Both the position numbers and the translations under genes were made by a program. From positions 1-38,423 of the IMG/VR virus record IMGVR_UViG_3300031945_000013: a DNA stretch of 38,423 nucleotides. One strand, written 5' to 3'. Under the pieces are notes generated by a model. It was not told the DNA's origin, did no database searches, and worked only from the letters and a program-made list of their open reading frames with translations. Shown here one piece after another: positions 1-8,624 of the stretch. This stretch comes from a virus. Its lineage: Duplodnaviria > Caudoviricetes. Every line of letters starts with the position of its first letter. Within the stretch, counting starts at the first letter, position 1.

Positions 1-155
1 TTGCGAACTTTAACAACCGGGCATATTTCGCAGTCGGAAACGTGGACTATTTCAGTGATGTCCTTGTTCCTACGACGCGCACCAACGCCTCGCAGTCCGT
101 GACGCTGGGCGACACGACGCCGATCACGGCTCAATCCGGCCTGCCCGTCCAGACG
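1..155. repeat. Terminal direct repeat, copy 1 (circular assembly overlap)
   Basis: 1-155 matches 38269-38423 except C127 vs T38395; the repeat lies inside a continuous CDS. Confidence 0.95.
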
Positions 156-1088
156 ACCTCGTCCGGCGTGACGGGCGCGCTTGTCGTGTTCAAAGGGTCG
201 AGTATCTGGCAGATCACGGGCGACCCGGCGACGAACAACCTCGCACTGAACTACGTAACGCTGACCACGGGCTGCATTGCGCCTCGCAGTGTGGTGCAAG
301 GGCCGTTCGGTATCTTTTTCATCGGCGTAGATGCACCGTACGTGCTTAACTTCCTCGGCGTGCTAAGCCCGTTGAGCAAGACGCCCGGTAATGACGGCGT
401 GGCAGATGTGCAGGTGCCTTTCCAGAACACGACGCAGGCGAGCCGGATTTCCGCCTCGTTCTCCGGAAACATTTTCCGGGTCTGTGTACCGACGATCATT
501 GCTGGCGTAACGCAGACGAACGATTACTGGTACGACATCCGGCGCAAGCGCTGGAACGGCCCTCACACCTTCACTTACGACGCCATTTCGCAGTTCGGGA
601 ATAACTTCATCCTGTCCGGAGCGGATCACGGCGCCGCGCTATTCCTCAGCCAGAGTATTCCGGCTATCGGTAGTGTGTACACGGATAACGGAGTCCAGTT
701 GACAAGTCATCTCCGGTCTTCCTCGTTTCCGAAGACGGGCCACATGGCCGAAGTGCAGGTTATTGAATCGACACAGGAATTCGCTTCCTCTGGTGCGTCA
801 GTCAACTACAATATCACTGCTCTGGATGATCAGAACAATACGATTAATTCCACTTTTGTTCTGACACCGGCGGCGGGGATTACGTGGGGCGGCGGCGGTC
901 TGTGGGGCGGCGGTGCACCGTGGGCGTCCACGAGCAACATTCCGCACGTGTACACCGTGCCGTGGACGATTCCGCTGGTCTTCCAGAAAATGGCGATAGA
1001 TATCACGGCCACGTCGTCTAACAGTCTGTCGATTGGATCTTTCTTTGCCCGGTATGCGGATACCGGCTACACGAACATGGGGCGCTAA
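1..1088 (+). CDS. 3' part of a tail nozzle / head-stabilisation protein (P22 gp10 / T7 gp12-like position); the gene starts at 37728 and wraps the origin, 542 aa in total
   Basis: Same reading frame as ATG 37728 across the circular junction with no stop; beta-rich sequence; follows the adaptor gene. Confidence 0.7.
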   Translation, partial: ANFNNRAYFAVGNVDYFSDVLVPTTRTNASQSVTLGDTTPITAQSGLPVQTTSSGVTGALVVFKGSSIWQITGDPATNNLALNYVTLTTGCIAPRSVVQGPFGIFFIGVDAPYVLNFLGVLSPLSKTPGNDGVADVQVPFQNTTQASRISASFSGNIFRVCVPTIIAGVTQTNDYWYDIRRKRWNGPHTFTYDAISQFGNNFILSGADHGAALFLSQSIPAIGSVYTDNGVQLTSHLRSSSFPKTGHMAEVQVIESTQEFASSGASVNYNITALDDQNNTINSTFVLTPAAGITWGGGGLWGGGAPWASTSNIPHVYTVPWTIPLVFQKMAIDITATSSNSLSIGSFFARYADTGYTNMGR

Positions 1089-1715
1089 ATGCCGATTATC
1101 GGAACACTGCCAAACATCATCCAGAACGGGCAAGTGGTGGATGCCAATCCGGTAATGGCGGATCTTAACTACATTGTCAATCAGGTTAACGCGAACGGCA
1201 ACCCTGCCGGTACGCTTACTGCACCTACCGGAACGCGGGTTGTATTCCAGCAGTCGGCGGCGCCCCTCGGGTGGACGGCGGATGCAACGATTACCGACCA
1301 TACCCTACAATTGACAGCGGCGAGTGGAGCTATTGTAGCTACGGGGAATCAGTACAGCGGTCTGTTTAGCCTCCCTTGGGTATCAGACGGTCACTCGCTG
1401 ACGATAGCCGAACTGGCGGCGCATGCGCATAACGTAAGCGATCCGCAGCATAACCATACCAGCCCCGGCCACCAGCACGGAACCGCTTCCGGTAATAATT
1501 TCTGGACGGCCACGCCTACAGGTGGCGCATCGGTGAATCTCCCCGGCGGCGCGAATTCCATCAATCAGGAAACGCTGACGAACGCCGTCGCGGTTTCGAT
1601 CAATTCGAGCGCAACGGGGATCAGCATACAGAACAATGGTTCGGGTAATGCGCACAGCCATACGAAGACCTTCAACGTGAACTATGCACAAGGTATTGTG
1701 GGGGTGAAGGCGTGA
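1089..1715 (+). CDS. Short tail fibre / spike protein with HxH motifs
   Basis: Collar-like APTGTRVVFQQSAAPLGW segment; HAH, HNH, HQH and HSH motifs like those of metal-binding fibre tips. Confidence 0.7.
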   Translation: MPIIGTLPNIIQNGQVVDANPVMADLNYIVNQVNANGNPAGTLTAPTGTRVVFQQSAAPLGWTADATITDHTLQLTAASGAIVATGNQYSGLFSLPWVSDGHSLTIAELAAHAHNVSDPQHNHTSPGHQHGTASGNNFWTATPTGGASVNLPGGANSINQETLTNAVAVSINSSATGISIQNNGSGNAHSHTKTFNVNYAQGIVGVKA

Positions 1716-2029
1716 AAGTCGTCTGCCCGCTTATCAAGAAAACGTGCCTGGAATCCGGGTGTGCGTTCTGGACCCACGTCAGCGGAACACACCCCCAGAC
1801 AGGGGCACGGCTCGATCAGTTCGACTGCTCAATCAAGTGGTTACCGATGTTGCTGGTGGAAAACGCACGCTCGACGCGCGGCGCACAAGCCGCCGTAGAG
1901 TCCATGCGCAATGAAGTGGTGCAAAGGCAGGATGCCCTTAACAATGCCGTTGCGCTAGGCCAGCGTCAGGCGGCGAAGAAGATCGGGGAACCGGAATGGA
2001 ACAACGAACGTTTACCGAAAGCGACGTGA
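1712..2029 (+). CDS. Cys-rich phage protein following the fibre gene (possible fibre-associated chaperone)
   Basis: GTGA overlap with the fibre gene; CPL..C...C pattern and WLPMLLVEN..AAVESMRNE segment. Confidence 0.6.
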   Translation: MKVVCPLIKKTCLESGCAFWTHVSGTHPQTGARLDQFDCSIKWLPMLLVENARSTRGAQAAVESMRNEVVQRQDALNNAVALGQRQAAKKIGEPEWNNERLPKAT

Positions 2030-2190
2030 AAGCTATCGTAGATGAACTGGAGAAGCGGGCAGCACAGCGTTTCCAGCTAAACATCGGACGCGGGGTTATA
2101 GGATTGGTATGGCGGGCATGCTTTTATCTTATGCTGTTTATCGCTGCTTATGGCGCATCCGGTGGATTGCGCAAATTCTTTGGAGAATGA
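1996..2190 (+). CDS. Small single-TM membrane protein at the start of the lysis module (holin/antiholin-like)
   Basis: 64 aa with one hydrophobic helix and a basic C-terminus; upstream of the endolysin. Confidence 0.5.
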   Translation: MEQRTFTESDVKAIVDELEKRAAQRFQLNIGRGVIGLVWRACFYLMLFIAAYGASGGLRKFFGE

Positions 2191-2191
2191 A

Positions 2192-2404
2192 ATGAGTTTC
2201 TGGACGCAGATCGAAGCCGACTTTAACGCTGTCATCGCCAGCGCGGACAGCATCCCGACGAAACTGGAAAACCTTATGGGTATCCAGACTCGCGCGCAGG
2301 AAATGACGACCCTCACGACCCAGTTTACGACGATCGTGGACGACGGTTCGAAGGACACGGCCACGAAGGTGACTGAGCTCCTGACGCTGGTTGGCAAGCT
2401 GTGA
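2192..2404 (+). CDS. Hypothetical protein (70 aa)
   Basis: ATG 2192 after GGAG; stop overlaps the endolysin GTG. Confidence 0.6.
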   Translation: MSFWTQIEADFNAVIASADSIPTKLENLMGIQTRAQEMTTLTTQFTTIVDDGSKDTATKVTELLTLVGKL

Positions 2405-2943
2405 TCCCTGAAGAACTGGCGGCTTGCCTTGGGATTCCTCTCCAGCGTGCGACAGTATGGGCTGATCCGCTCAGTGCAGCGATGGCGTTATATGCGATTG
2501 ATTCGCCAAAACGCCAGGCGGCATTTATTGCGCAGGTAGGCCACGAGTCCGGGCGTCTCGTCTACGTCCGTGAACTGTGGGGGCCGACGCCGGCGCAGGA
2601 GCGGTATGAGGGGCGCGCGGATCTTGGTAACACGGAGAAGGGCGACGGGTTCCGGTATCGTGGTCGCGGTCTGATTCAGGTCACGGGCCGGATCAACTAC
2701 CAGCGCTGTGGTAACGCGCTGGTACTGCCTCTGGTTGACCATCCGGAATTGCTTGAACAACCGGGCAACGCCGCGCAGTCCGCCGCATGGTTCTGGAATA
2801 CGCACGGGTGTAATGCGCTCGCGGACCTGATGGACTTCGGCTCGATTACGTTGCGCATCAATGGCGGGCTGAACGGTGCGGACGATCGTAACAACCTGTG
2901 GAAAATGGCACGGGTTTCTCTAGGGGTGGACGATGGCACTTGA
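2401..2943 (+). CDS. Endolysin, glycoside hydrolase family 19
   Basis: AAFIAQVGHES, DLGN..GDG.RYRGRGLIQVTGR.NY and INGGLNG motifs. Confidence 0.92.
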   Translation: MIPEELAACLGIPLQRATVWADPLSAAMALYAIDSPKRQAAFIAQVGHESGRLVYVRELWGPTPAQERYEGRADLGNTEKGDGFRYRGRGLIQVTGRINYQRCGNALVLPLVDHPELLEQPGNAAQSAAWFWNTHGCNALADLMDFGSITLRINGGLNGADDRNNLWKMARVSLGVDDGT

Positions 2944-3310
2944 TCCGATCACAGCAGGGCTTGACCTTGCGCAGACCGTAGTTTCCAAGATCTGGCCCGA
3001 CAAGTCGGCGCAGGAACAGGCGCAGTTGTCTGCTGTCCTCTCGATGATCACGGCACAAACTGACATCAACAAGGCGGAAGCGCAATCGAGCGACCCTCTC
3101 CAGCACTGGCGAGGCGGTCTCGGATGGGTCTGTGTTTGCGGGTATTTCGTCAACTATGTTTTGACGTGGGGCGTAAATACCGCGGGTGCATTCATGGGGC
3201 ACCCCGTCCACATTCCTTACATGGATATGTCGGAACTGGGAACGCTTACGCTCGGTATGCTAGGCTTGGGCGGTCTCCATGTAGCAGAACGCATAAAAGG
3301 GGTATCGTGA
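2933..3310 (+). CDS. Holin (3TM holin / DUF3154-like)
   Basis: PD(K) motif, INKAEA, WR..LGWVC and MLGLGGL...E(R)IKGV pattern; adjacent to the endolysin. Confidence 0.8.
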   Translation: MALDPITAGLDLAQTVVSKIWPDKSAQEQAQLSAVLSMITAQTDINKAEAQSSDPLQHWRGGLGWVCVCGYFVNYVLTWGVNTAGAFMGHPVHIPYMDMSELGTLTLGMLGLGGLHVAERIKGVS

Positions 3311-3864
3311 GAAACTTCGTACAGATCGCAGCAGGTATCGACACTTCGGCCATTCTTCTGGAGATTGCGCGCCAGCCCAAACTCTGGAACCGGCACGGCG
3401 AACGCAAGGCGCTGGAAGTGCATCGCGCGATGGACGATATCTGGCTTCGGTATAACGATGAGAAGCCGTACCGGGAATCGGGCGACTGGTCCACGTTCAA
3501 TGACGAGCATGAGTCGAAGAACTATCCGGAATGGTATGCCCTGCCTTCGATCCACAGTCTGGTCTTCGATCTTGCGCACAGGGTCAAGGCAACACGGATT
3601 GGCGGCATCCTGATTACCCGGATTCCACCCGGTGGCAGGATCGAGCCCCATGTTGATGGCGGTTGGCACGCCACGTATTACAATACGAAACTGTACGTTG
3701 TATTACAGTCGAATCCGCAGTGTATCAATTCAGCGGAAGATGAAAAGGTGGCGATGGCTCCCGGTTCGGTCTGGTACTTCGACAATGCGAAGATGCACGA
3801 TGTCGTGAATGACGGCGTCGATGACCGAATGACGCTGATTATCTGCCTTCGGTGCGAGAAATGA
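3307..3864 (+). CDS. Aspartyl/asparaginyl beta-hydroxylase-family 2OG-Fe(II) oxygenase
   Basis: GTG 3307 overlapping the holin stop; PGGRIEPHVD (HxD), WYFDNAKMH (distal His) and DRMTL (Arg for 2OG). Confidence 0.85.
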   Translation: MRNFVQIAAGIDTSAILLEIARQPKLWNRHGERKALEVHRAMDDIWLRYNDEKPYRESGDWSTFNDEHESKNYPEWYALPSIHSLVFDLAHRVKATRIGGILITRIPPGGRIEPHVDGGWHATYYNTKLYVVLQSNPQCINSAEDEKVAMAPGSVWYFDNAKMHDVVNDGVDDRMTLIICLRCEK

Positions 3865-4142
3865 TCAAACACCATTTCTCTGCCGGAGGCGTGTACTGCC
3901 GGGAACAGACGCTCGAAGCAGGGCGGGAAGTCGAGAAGCACGTCCACGACTACGACCATTTGAGCTATCTGGGTTCAGGCGTGGCTAGCGTGGATGTAGA
4001 AGGTGAGTTACAGGTTCTGACAGGCCCCGCCATGCTGGAAATCAAGGCGGGAAAGCGGCACAGGATTCAGGCGATAACCGATATTACCTGGCTCTGCATC
4101 CATTCTGAAGCGATTGCGGACCCAGACATTGATAAGGAGTAG
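3861..4142 (+). CDS. Cupin-domain protein
   Basis: HHFSAGGVYCRE, KHVHDYDH and GKRHRIQA cupin motifs. Confidence 0.75.
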   Translation: MIKHHFSAGGVYCREQTLEAGREVEKHVHDYDHLSYLGSGVASVDVEGELQVLTGPAMLEIKAGKRHRIQAITDITWLCIHSEAIADPDIDKE

Positions 4143-4145
4143 ATC

Positions 4146-5195
4146 ATGCCCTGGGGAGCAGCAGCAGGTTTAGCGGCATCGGTAGCGGGTTCCGCCATTT
4201 CGAGCGCGATGGCGCCTTCCACGTCTGGCGGCGCGGGTTCGTACTATGTCCCTTCCGGTTTGCAAGGTGCCGACCAGCAATGGCAGAACCTGCAAAACCA
4301 GAACTATAACGTGTTCAGCGCTTCGCAACCGCAGTTGCAGGACTACGGCCAGCAGTCGCTGGCTGCGCAGCTTGCTGCCTACAACACTTACGGAAGCCCT
4401 TACCAGAACGCCGCTAACCTCGCCGGCCAGCAGTACGGCAACCTTGGGCAGCAGTTGACGAACCTCGGCAACCAGAACATTGGCTACGGCCAGCAGTTGC
4501 AGGGTTACGGCCAGCAGGTTTTCAATACCGCACTCGATCCGCAATCCGCGCTCTACAATCGCAGCGTCCAACAGTTGCAGGACCAGACCGGGGCCACGAA
4601 CAGTATGTACGGGCTGGGGTCCAGTGCTGCCGGCGCGGGCGTCGCGAATCAGGCACTTGGCAATTTCAATATCGACTGGCAAAACGCGCAACTCCAGCGC
4701 CAGTTGCAAGGGCTTCAGGGTCTGGGACAGATCTCGAATATCGCCGGCCAGTACAATCAGGCTGGCGCTGGTGAACTCGCAGCGGCGCCACAGTACACGT
4801 TGCAGGGCGGGCAGTTGCCTTACCAGACGGCGCAATTCCTCGGCGGGCAGCCTGCGGCTATCGGTGGGCAATACGGCCAGTATTTGCAAAGCAACGTCTA
4901 CGGTCCGGCGCAAAGTTTTCAGAATCAGGCGATTCCGTATATGAATGCTGGTATTGGCGCGCAGGCTGTCCCCTATCAGAACGCCTACGATCAGGCTAAC
5001 GCGCTTGGCGGCGCGGCCTACCAGGGGATTTCCCGACTCGGGAACAATCCGCAAGTGCAAGCCGGACTCGGTGGTTTGTTCGGCGGGGGCAGCAGTGGCG
5101 GAGGATATGGCGGACAAAGCGCATTAGGGTTCGGAGATGTCAGCGCTTCGCCGTACTACAGCGGCGGCGGGAATACCTACGGCTTTACTATGTAG
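4146..5195 (+). CDS. Q/G-rich internal virion / DNA-ejection (pilot) protein
   Basis: N-terminal Ala/Gly hydrophobic segment, Q/N/G-rich body, typical position. Confidence 0.6.
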   Translation: MPWGAAAGLAASVAGSAISSAMAPSTSGGAGSYYVPSGLQGADQQWQNLQNQNYNVFSASQPQLQDYGQQSLAAQLAAYNTYGSPYQNAANLAGQQYGNLGQQLTNLGNQNIGYGQQLQGYGQQVFNTALDPQSALYNRSVQQLQDQTGATNSMYGLGSSAAGAGVANQALGNFNIDWQNAQLQRQLQGLQGLGQISNIAGQYNQAGAGELAAAPQYTLQGGQLPYQTAQFLGGQPAAIGGQYGQYLQSNVYGPAQSFQNQAIPYMNAGIGAQAVPYQNAYDQANALGGAAYQGISRLGNNPQVQAGLGGLFGGGSSGGGYGGQSALGFGDVSASPYYSGGGNTYGFTM

Positions 5196-5210
5196 ATTTG
5201 AGGGGCAATC

Positions 5211-6794
5211 ATGGCTACATGGGTCGATTACGCGAATACGCTGCAAAATATCCACGATGCGCAAACTCTGAATACGTTGCGTCAACAGAAGGCGCAGCAG
5301 GACCTGCTTACTTTCCAGCAGGCGCAGCAGGATCGTCAACGCCAGATGGCTGCGCAGGCGTCGTTAGGCAACACTTTCGGGCAACTCTATCCGGGCGGCC
5401 AGGTGGCGCAGGTGCAGACGCCTCCTCCGCAAGGTCCGGCGCCACAGCCGCCGGCACCCGGTCAACCCTCGCAGCCGATGCAACAGGCTGGGGGTGGCGT
5501 GCGCCCCCCTCTTCCCGCTGGCGGCGTACCGGCAGTAGCAGGGCAGGGTCCACAAAACCCGTTGCCACCTTTCCGGCCTATGCCCACCACTCCGCCACAG
5601 GCGCAGGCCGCTCCGCAAGGCGCGATCCCTGCGCCGCCGGCACAGGCTGCGGCAACACCCGCTCAACCCCAGGAAGGCGGGCTGTCGCTTGAACGTCTTG
5701 CCAAGCTGGGAAAGGATCAGGGCTTGTCGGGCATGGAGCTATTCACGTACCTGAAAGAGGCAACCCCGCTTCTTGATTACGATTCGCAATTGCAATTGCG
5801 GAAAGCCGAATTGCAGTTTAACCATGAAATCCAGTTGCAGCGCCTGGAAGATCTCCGCATATACCGTGAAGGGCAGGGCGAGCGTGCGGAAACAAGGGCG
5901 GAAGAAACGGCGCGCCACAACCGGGCGACAGAAGCTACGGGGGCGGGTAATCTCGGAGCACGTCGTGAGGGTAACGTCATCCGTGCGGAAGCCGCTGGCG
6001 TAGATCTTCCCCCGGGTACGCCGGGTGCAGGTGGTGGCGCGCCCCCGCTTCCTTCAGGCGCTCCGGGTGCGGCGCCGGCCGCTCCTGAGAAGCTTGGCGC
6101 GGACGGTCTGCCTCTTCCCGTTGCGGGTGGCGGGCTGACGGCGGATGCTGTCCGTAAGTTGTCGGAAGCATGGGTCGCAGGGGAGAAGTTGGTGTTGAGG
6201 GGTCAAACCGCTTCCGCGCGCCGCACGGTAATGAATGATGTAGCGAAGATTTCCCCTGGAGGAGGTGGCGATCTCGCGGCCAGTGCGATCGACTACGCAG
6301 CAGCGAGCAAGGGCGCGCAGACCGCTGTCCAGCGCGAGGCGAACATTGCTACCTCGCTGGAAGCGATCACCGCGCCTAATGGCTTGGCCGATCAGGTACT
6401 TGACGCTGCAAAGAAGACTTACCGCACGGGTTCACCGTTCGTGAACCAAAAATTGAATTACGTCATGGCGAACTATGGCGGTGACCCGGCGGTAGTGGAC
6501 CTGAAAAATGCACTTGGCGATCTGGAAGGCCAGTTCAATAAGGCCATGGCGGGCGGCGGCGCGGCTACAGATTCAGCGCGTGCGGAGACGATAGCACGTA
6601 TCAATGATGCGCAGACGTTGCCCCAGCTGGAAGCGGCGGTGAACCGGATGAAACTCGGTCTGCGTACTGAGCATGAGGCGGCGGAGAAAGTGTCTAAGCA
6701 GTTCTCTAACCGGGTTCGCAATGCCGGTAAATCTGTCGAGTCCGCAGCTAAGGCGCCCGCCATTCCGCAAGGCTGGTCGGTAACGGAGCATTGA
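5211..6794 (+). CDS. Internal virion / ejection protein with Pro-rich linkers
   Basis: 527 aa with coiled-coil and Pro/Gln-rich tracts; second of three ejection-type genes. Confidence 0.55.
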   Translation: MATWVDYANTLQNIHDAQTLNTLRQQKAQQDLLTFQQAQQDRQRQMAAQASLGNTFGQLYPGGQVAQVQTPPPQGPAPQPPAPGQPSQPMQQAGGGVRPPLPAGGVPAVAGQGPQNPLPPFRPMPTTPPQAQAAPQGAIPAPPAQAAATPAQPQEGGLSLERLAKLGKDQGLSGMELFTYLKEATPLLDYDSQLQLRKAELQFNHEIQLQRLEDLRIYREGQGERAETRAEETARHNRATEATGAGNLGARREGNVIRAEAAGVDLPPGTPGAGGGAPPLPSGAPGAAPAAPEKLGADGLPLPVAGGGLTADAVRKLSEAWVAGEKLVLRGQTASARRTVMNDVAKISPGGGGDLAASAIDYAAASKGAQTAVQREANIATSLEAITAPNGLADQVLDAAKKTYRTGSPFVNQKLNYVMANYGGDPAVVDLKNALGDLEGQFNKAMAGGGAATDSARAETIARINDAQTLPQLEAAVNRMKLGLRTEHEAAEKVSKQFSNRVRNAGKSVESAAKAPAIPQGWSVTEH

Positions 6795-6795
6795 T

Positions 6796-8418
6796 ATGCC
6801 AACTTTCACTTTCACCAGTCCGGAAGGCAAGAAGTATGACGTGACGGGCCCGGAAGGCGCGACGAAGGAACAGGCGTTCGGCATCCTGCAACAGCAATTG
6901 GGAGCGGGAACGGCGAAAGCTACGCCGGCATCCCCGCTCGACCGCTTGCCGCCGGAAACATCGCCCGGTAACCAGCCGGGTCCGAAGAATGCAGATAGCA
7001 TTATCAATCGCATCCTCGGTATCGGGGAAGCGGGTCTGTCTGCTGCCACGGGTGCAGCGGGGACTACGGCTGGCCAGCTCTATGGCATAGGCAAGACGCT
7101 TACGGGTGGCAAATACGGTACGCAAGCCGGGATTCAGCAGGGCGAGAAGGCCGGCACGGAACTGGCTGAAAAGCTCACTTACCAGCCCCGTACGCAAACC
7201 GGACAGAACATTACCGAAGCCCTTGGCAAGTCGGAAGGCCTCCGCGCGCTTCAGGGGCTACCCGTGGAAGGGCCAATGCTCGCCCGTCTTCCTGAAGTAC
7301 CCCGAACGGCGGCTCGCGGTCTGGAAGCGGGTGGGGTAGCAGCGCAGCAGGGCGTGCAGCGTGCGGGGCAGGCGGCTGCGCGCGGTGTGGCAGGCGCTTT
7401 GCCTGAAGTGGACGCCGAAACCCGAAGACTTGGGCAGATCGCACACACGATGGGGATGCGTTTGCAACCGCATCAGATTTACGGTTCAGAACGTGGACCC
7501 GGTAAGTACGTGAAACGTGCAGGGACGCTGGTCGGTGACATTCCTTTCGCAGGCGGACAGGAAGACCGGAATTTTTCGATCGTCCAGCAACGTCTGGCGG
7601 ATCTGGGTGGCGTGGAAGGCCCTGCCATTACCAAATCGACTTTTGCTCCTGCCGTAGACCGTGCGGGTGGAACTATTGGCGAAGTGACCCAGAAATATGA
7701 TATTCCTGTAACTCCTGCTTTTATTTCCCAGCTCAGATCCAATGGCGCGCGTCAGTTGCCTGAAGTCGCAAAGGTAATAAATGACTATGCGGACGATCTG
7801 GAAAAGCTCGCGGTGGGAACGCGTACCCTTCCGGGCGGGGGCAGAACAGGGGGAACGCGGACTTTGAGGGGTACTGAATTCCGCAAACTGAATACCGAAC
7901 TTGCGGACCAGATCAGGGGTACGGATAAAGCCGATCTGAAACGGTCGCTTCGCGGTTTGCAGGATGATTTGCAGCAGGCATTCCGTAAAAATATGACGGC
8001 GGAGGACGCTGCACGTTATGACAAGGCCCGCAAGCAATACGCCATTCTCATGACGCTTGAACCGCTGGTAGCAAAGTCGCAGGGTGAAATCAATCCGCAA
8101 TTATTGTTAGGCTCTATCAACCGCACGCCTGCTGGCCGTTCTGCGATGGCCCGTGGCGCTGCGGGTGAACTCGGAGACCTCGCGGATATCAGCCAGCGCT
8201 TCCTCAAGGCGCCAACGTCCAGTGGTACGCCAGAAATGCAACTGGTACAGAAAGCCCTGGCGGGACTCGGCGCGGCAGGCACAGCAGCCGGGGCAGCAGC
8301 AGCGCCGACCATAGCTCTTCCGGCCATCCTGGGGACCGTAGGCGCGGGGCGTCTGTACAATCGCGCGTTAGGCCCCGCTATCTCGGAAGGGGTATTGCAA
8401 CGCCCGCCTTCGCCTTAA
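6796..8418 (+). CDS. Internal virion / DNA-transfer protein
   Basis: N-terminal FTSPEGKKYDVTGPEGATKEQ module; Gly/Ala-rich helices; C-terminal hydrophobic segment. Confidence 0.55.
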   Translation: MPTFTFTSPEGKKYDVTGPEGATKEQAFGILQQQLGAGTAKATPASPLDRLPPETSPGNQPGPKNADSIINRILGIGEAGLSAATGAAGTTAGQLYGIGKTLTGGKYGTQAGIQQGEKAGTELAEKLTYQPRTQTGQNITEALGKSEGLRALQGLPVEGPMLARLPEVPRTAARGLEAGGVAAQQGVQRAGQAAARGVAGALPEVDAETRRLGQIAHTMGMRLQPHQIYGSERGPGKYVKRAGTLVGDIPFAGGQEDRNFSIVQQRLADLGGVEGPAITKSTFAPAVDRAGGTIGEVTQKYDIPVTPAFISQLRSNGARQLPEVAKVINDYADDLEKLAVGTRTLPGGGRTGGTRTLRGTEFRKLNTELADQIRGTDKADLKRSLRGLQDDLQQAFRKNMTAEDAARYDKARKQYAILMTLEPLVAKSQGEINPQLLLGSINRTPAGRSAMARGAAGELGDLADISQRFLKAPTSSGTPEMQLVQKALAGLGAAGTAAGAAAAPTIALPAILGTVGAGRLYNRALGPAISEGVLQRPPSP

Positions 8419-8579
8419 TGGGAATTGCCGCTAGGCTTTGCCAGCAGGCAAAGCCCTAGCACGAACATGACGAAAGTGGCGGGCGACATGCCAAGAAACA
8501 CGAAGAAGAATTCATGGATTCCACTGGACAGAAGATAAATACCGCCCGTAATAAGAGCGATTTTAAGTAGTTCTTTCAC
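8415..8579 (-). CDS. Small two-TM membrane protein (54 aa), antisense moron; superinfection-exclusion candidate
   Basis: Hand translation MKELLKIALITGGIYLLSSGIHEFFFVFLGMSPATFVMFVLGLCLLAKPSGNSH; GTG start with GAGAGG RBS; extended -10 TGCTATAGT upstream. Confidence 0.6.
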   Translation of the reverse strand: MKELLKIALITGGIYLLSSGIHEFFFVFLGMSPATFVMFVLGLCLLAKPSGNSH

Positions 8580-8608
8580 GGTTAGCCTCTCAGGAAGTTA
8601 CGACTAAC

Positions 8609-8624
8609 TATAGCAGGTGCTATA
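8609..8624. promoter_or_regulatory. Palindromic operator copy TATAGCAGGTGCTATA
   Basis: Matches the TATAGCAnnTGCTATA consensus; overlaps the ATG of the ATP-grasp gene and the -10 of the antisense gene. Confidence 0.7.

Noticed and set aside
4170-5117. Long antisense ORFs (e.g. 4170-5117, 27378-28181, 30910-31980, 32742-33977, 33970-34800)
   Set aside because: Shadow frames of well-supported + strand genes in GC-rich DNA, with no motifs or RBS support.
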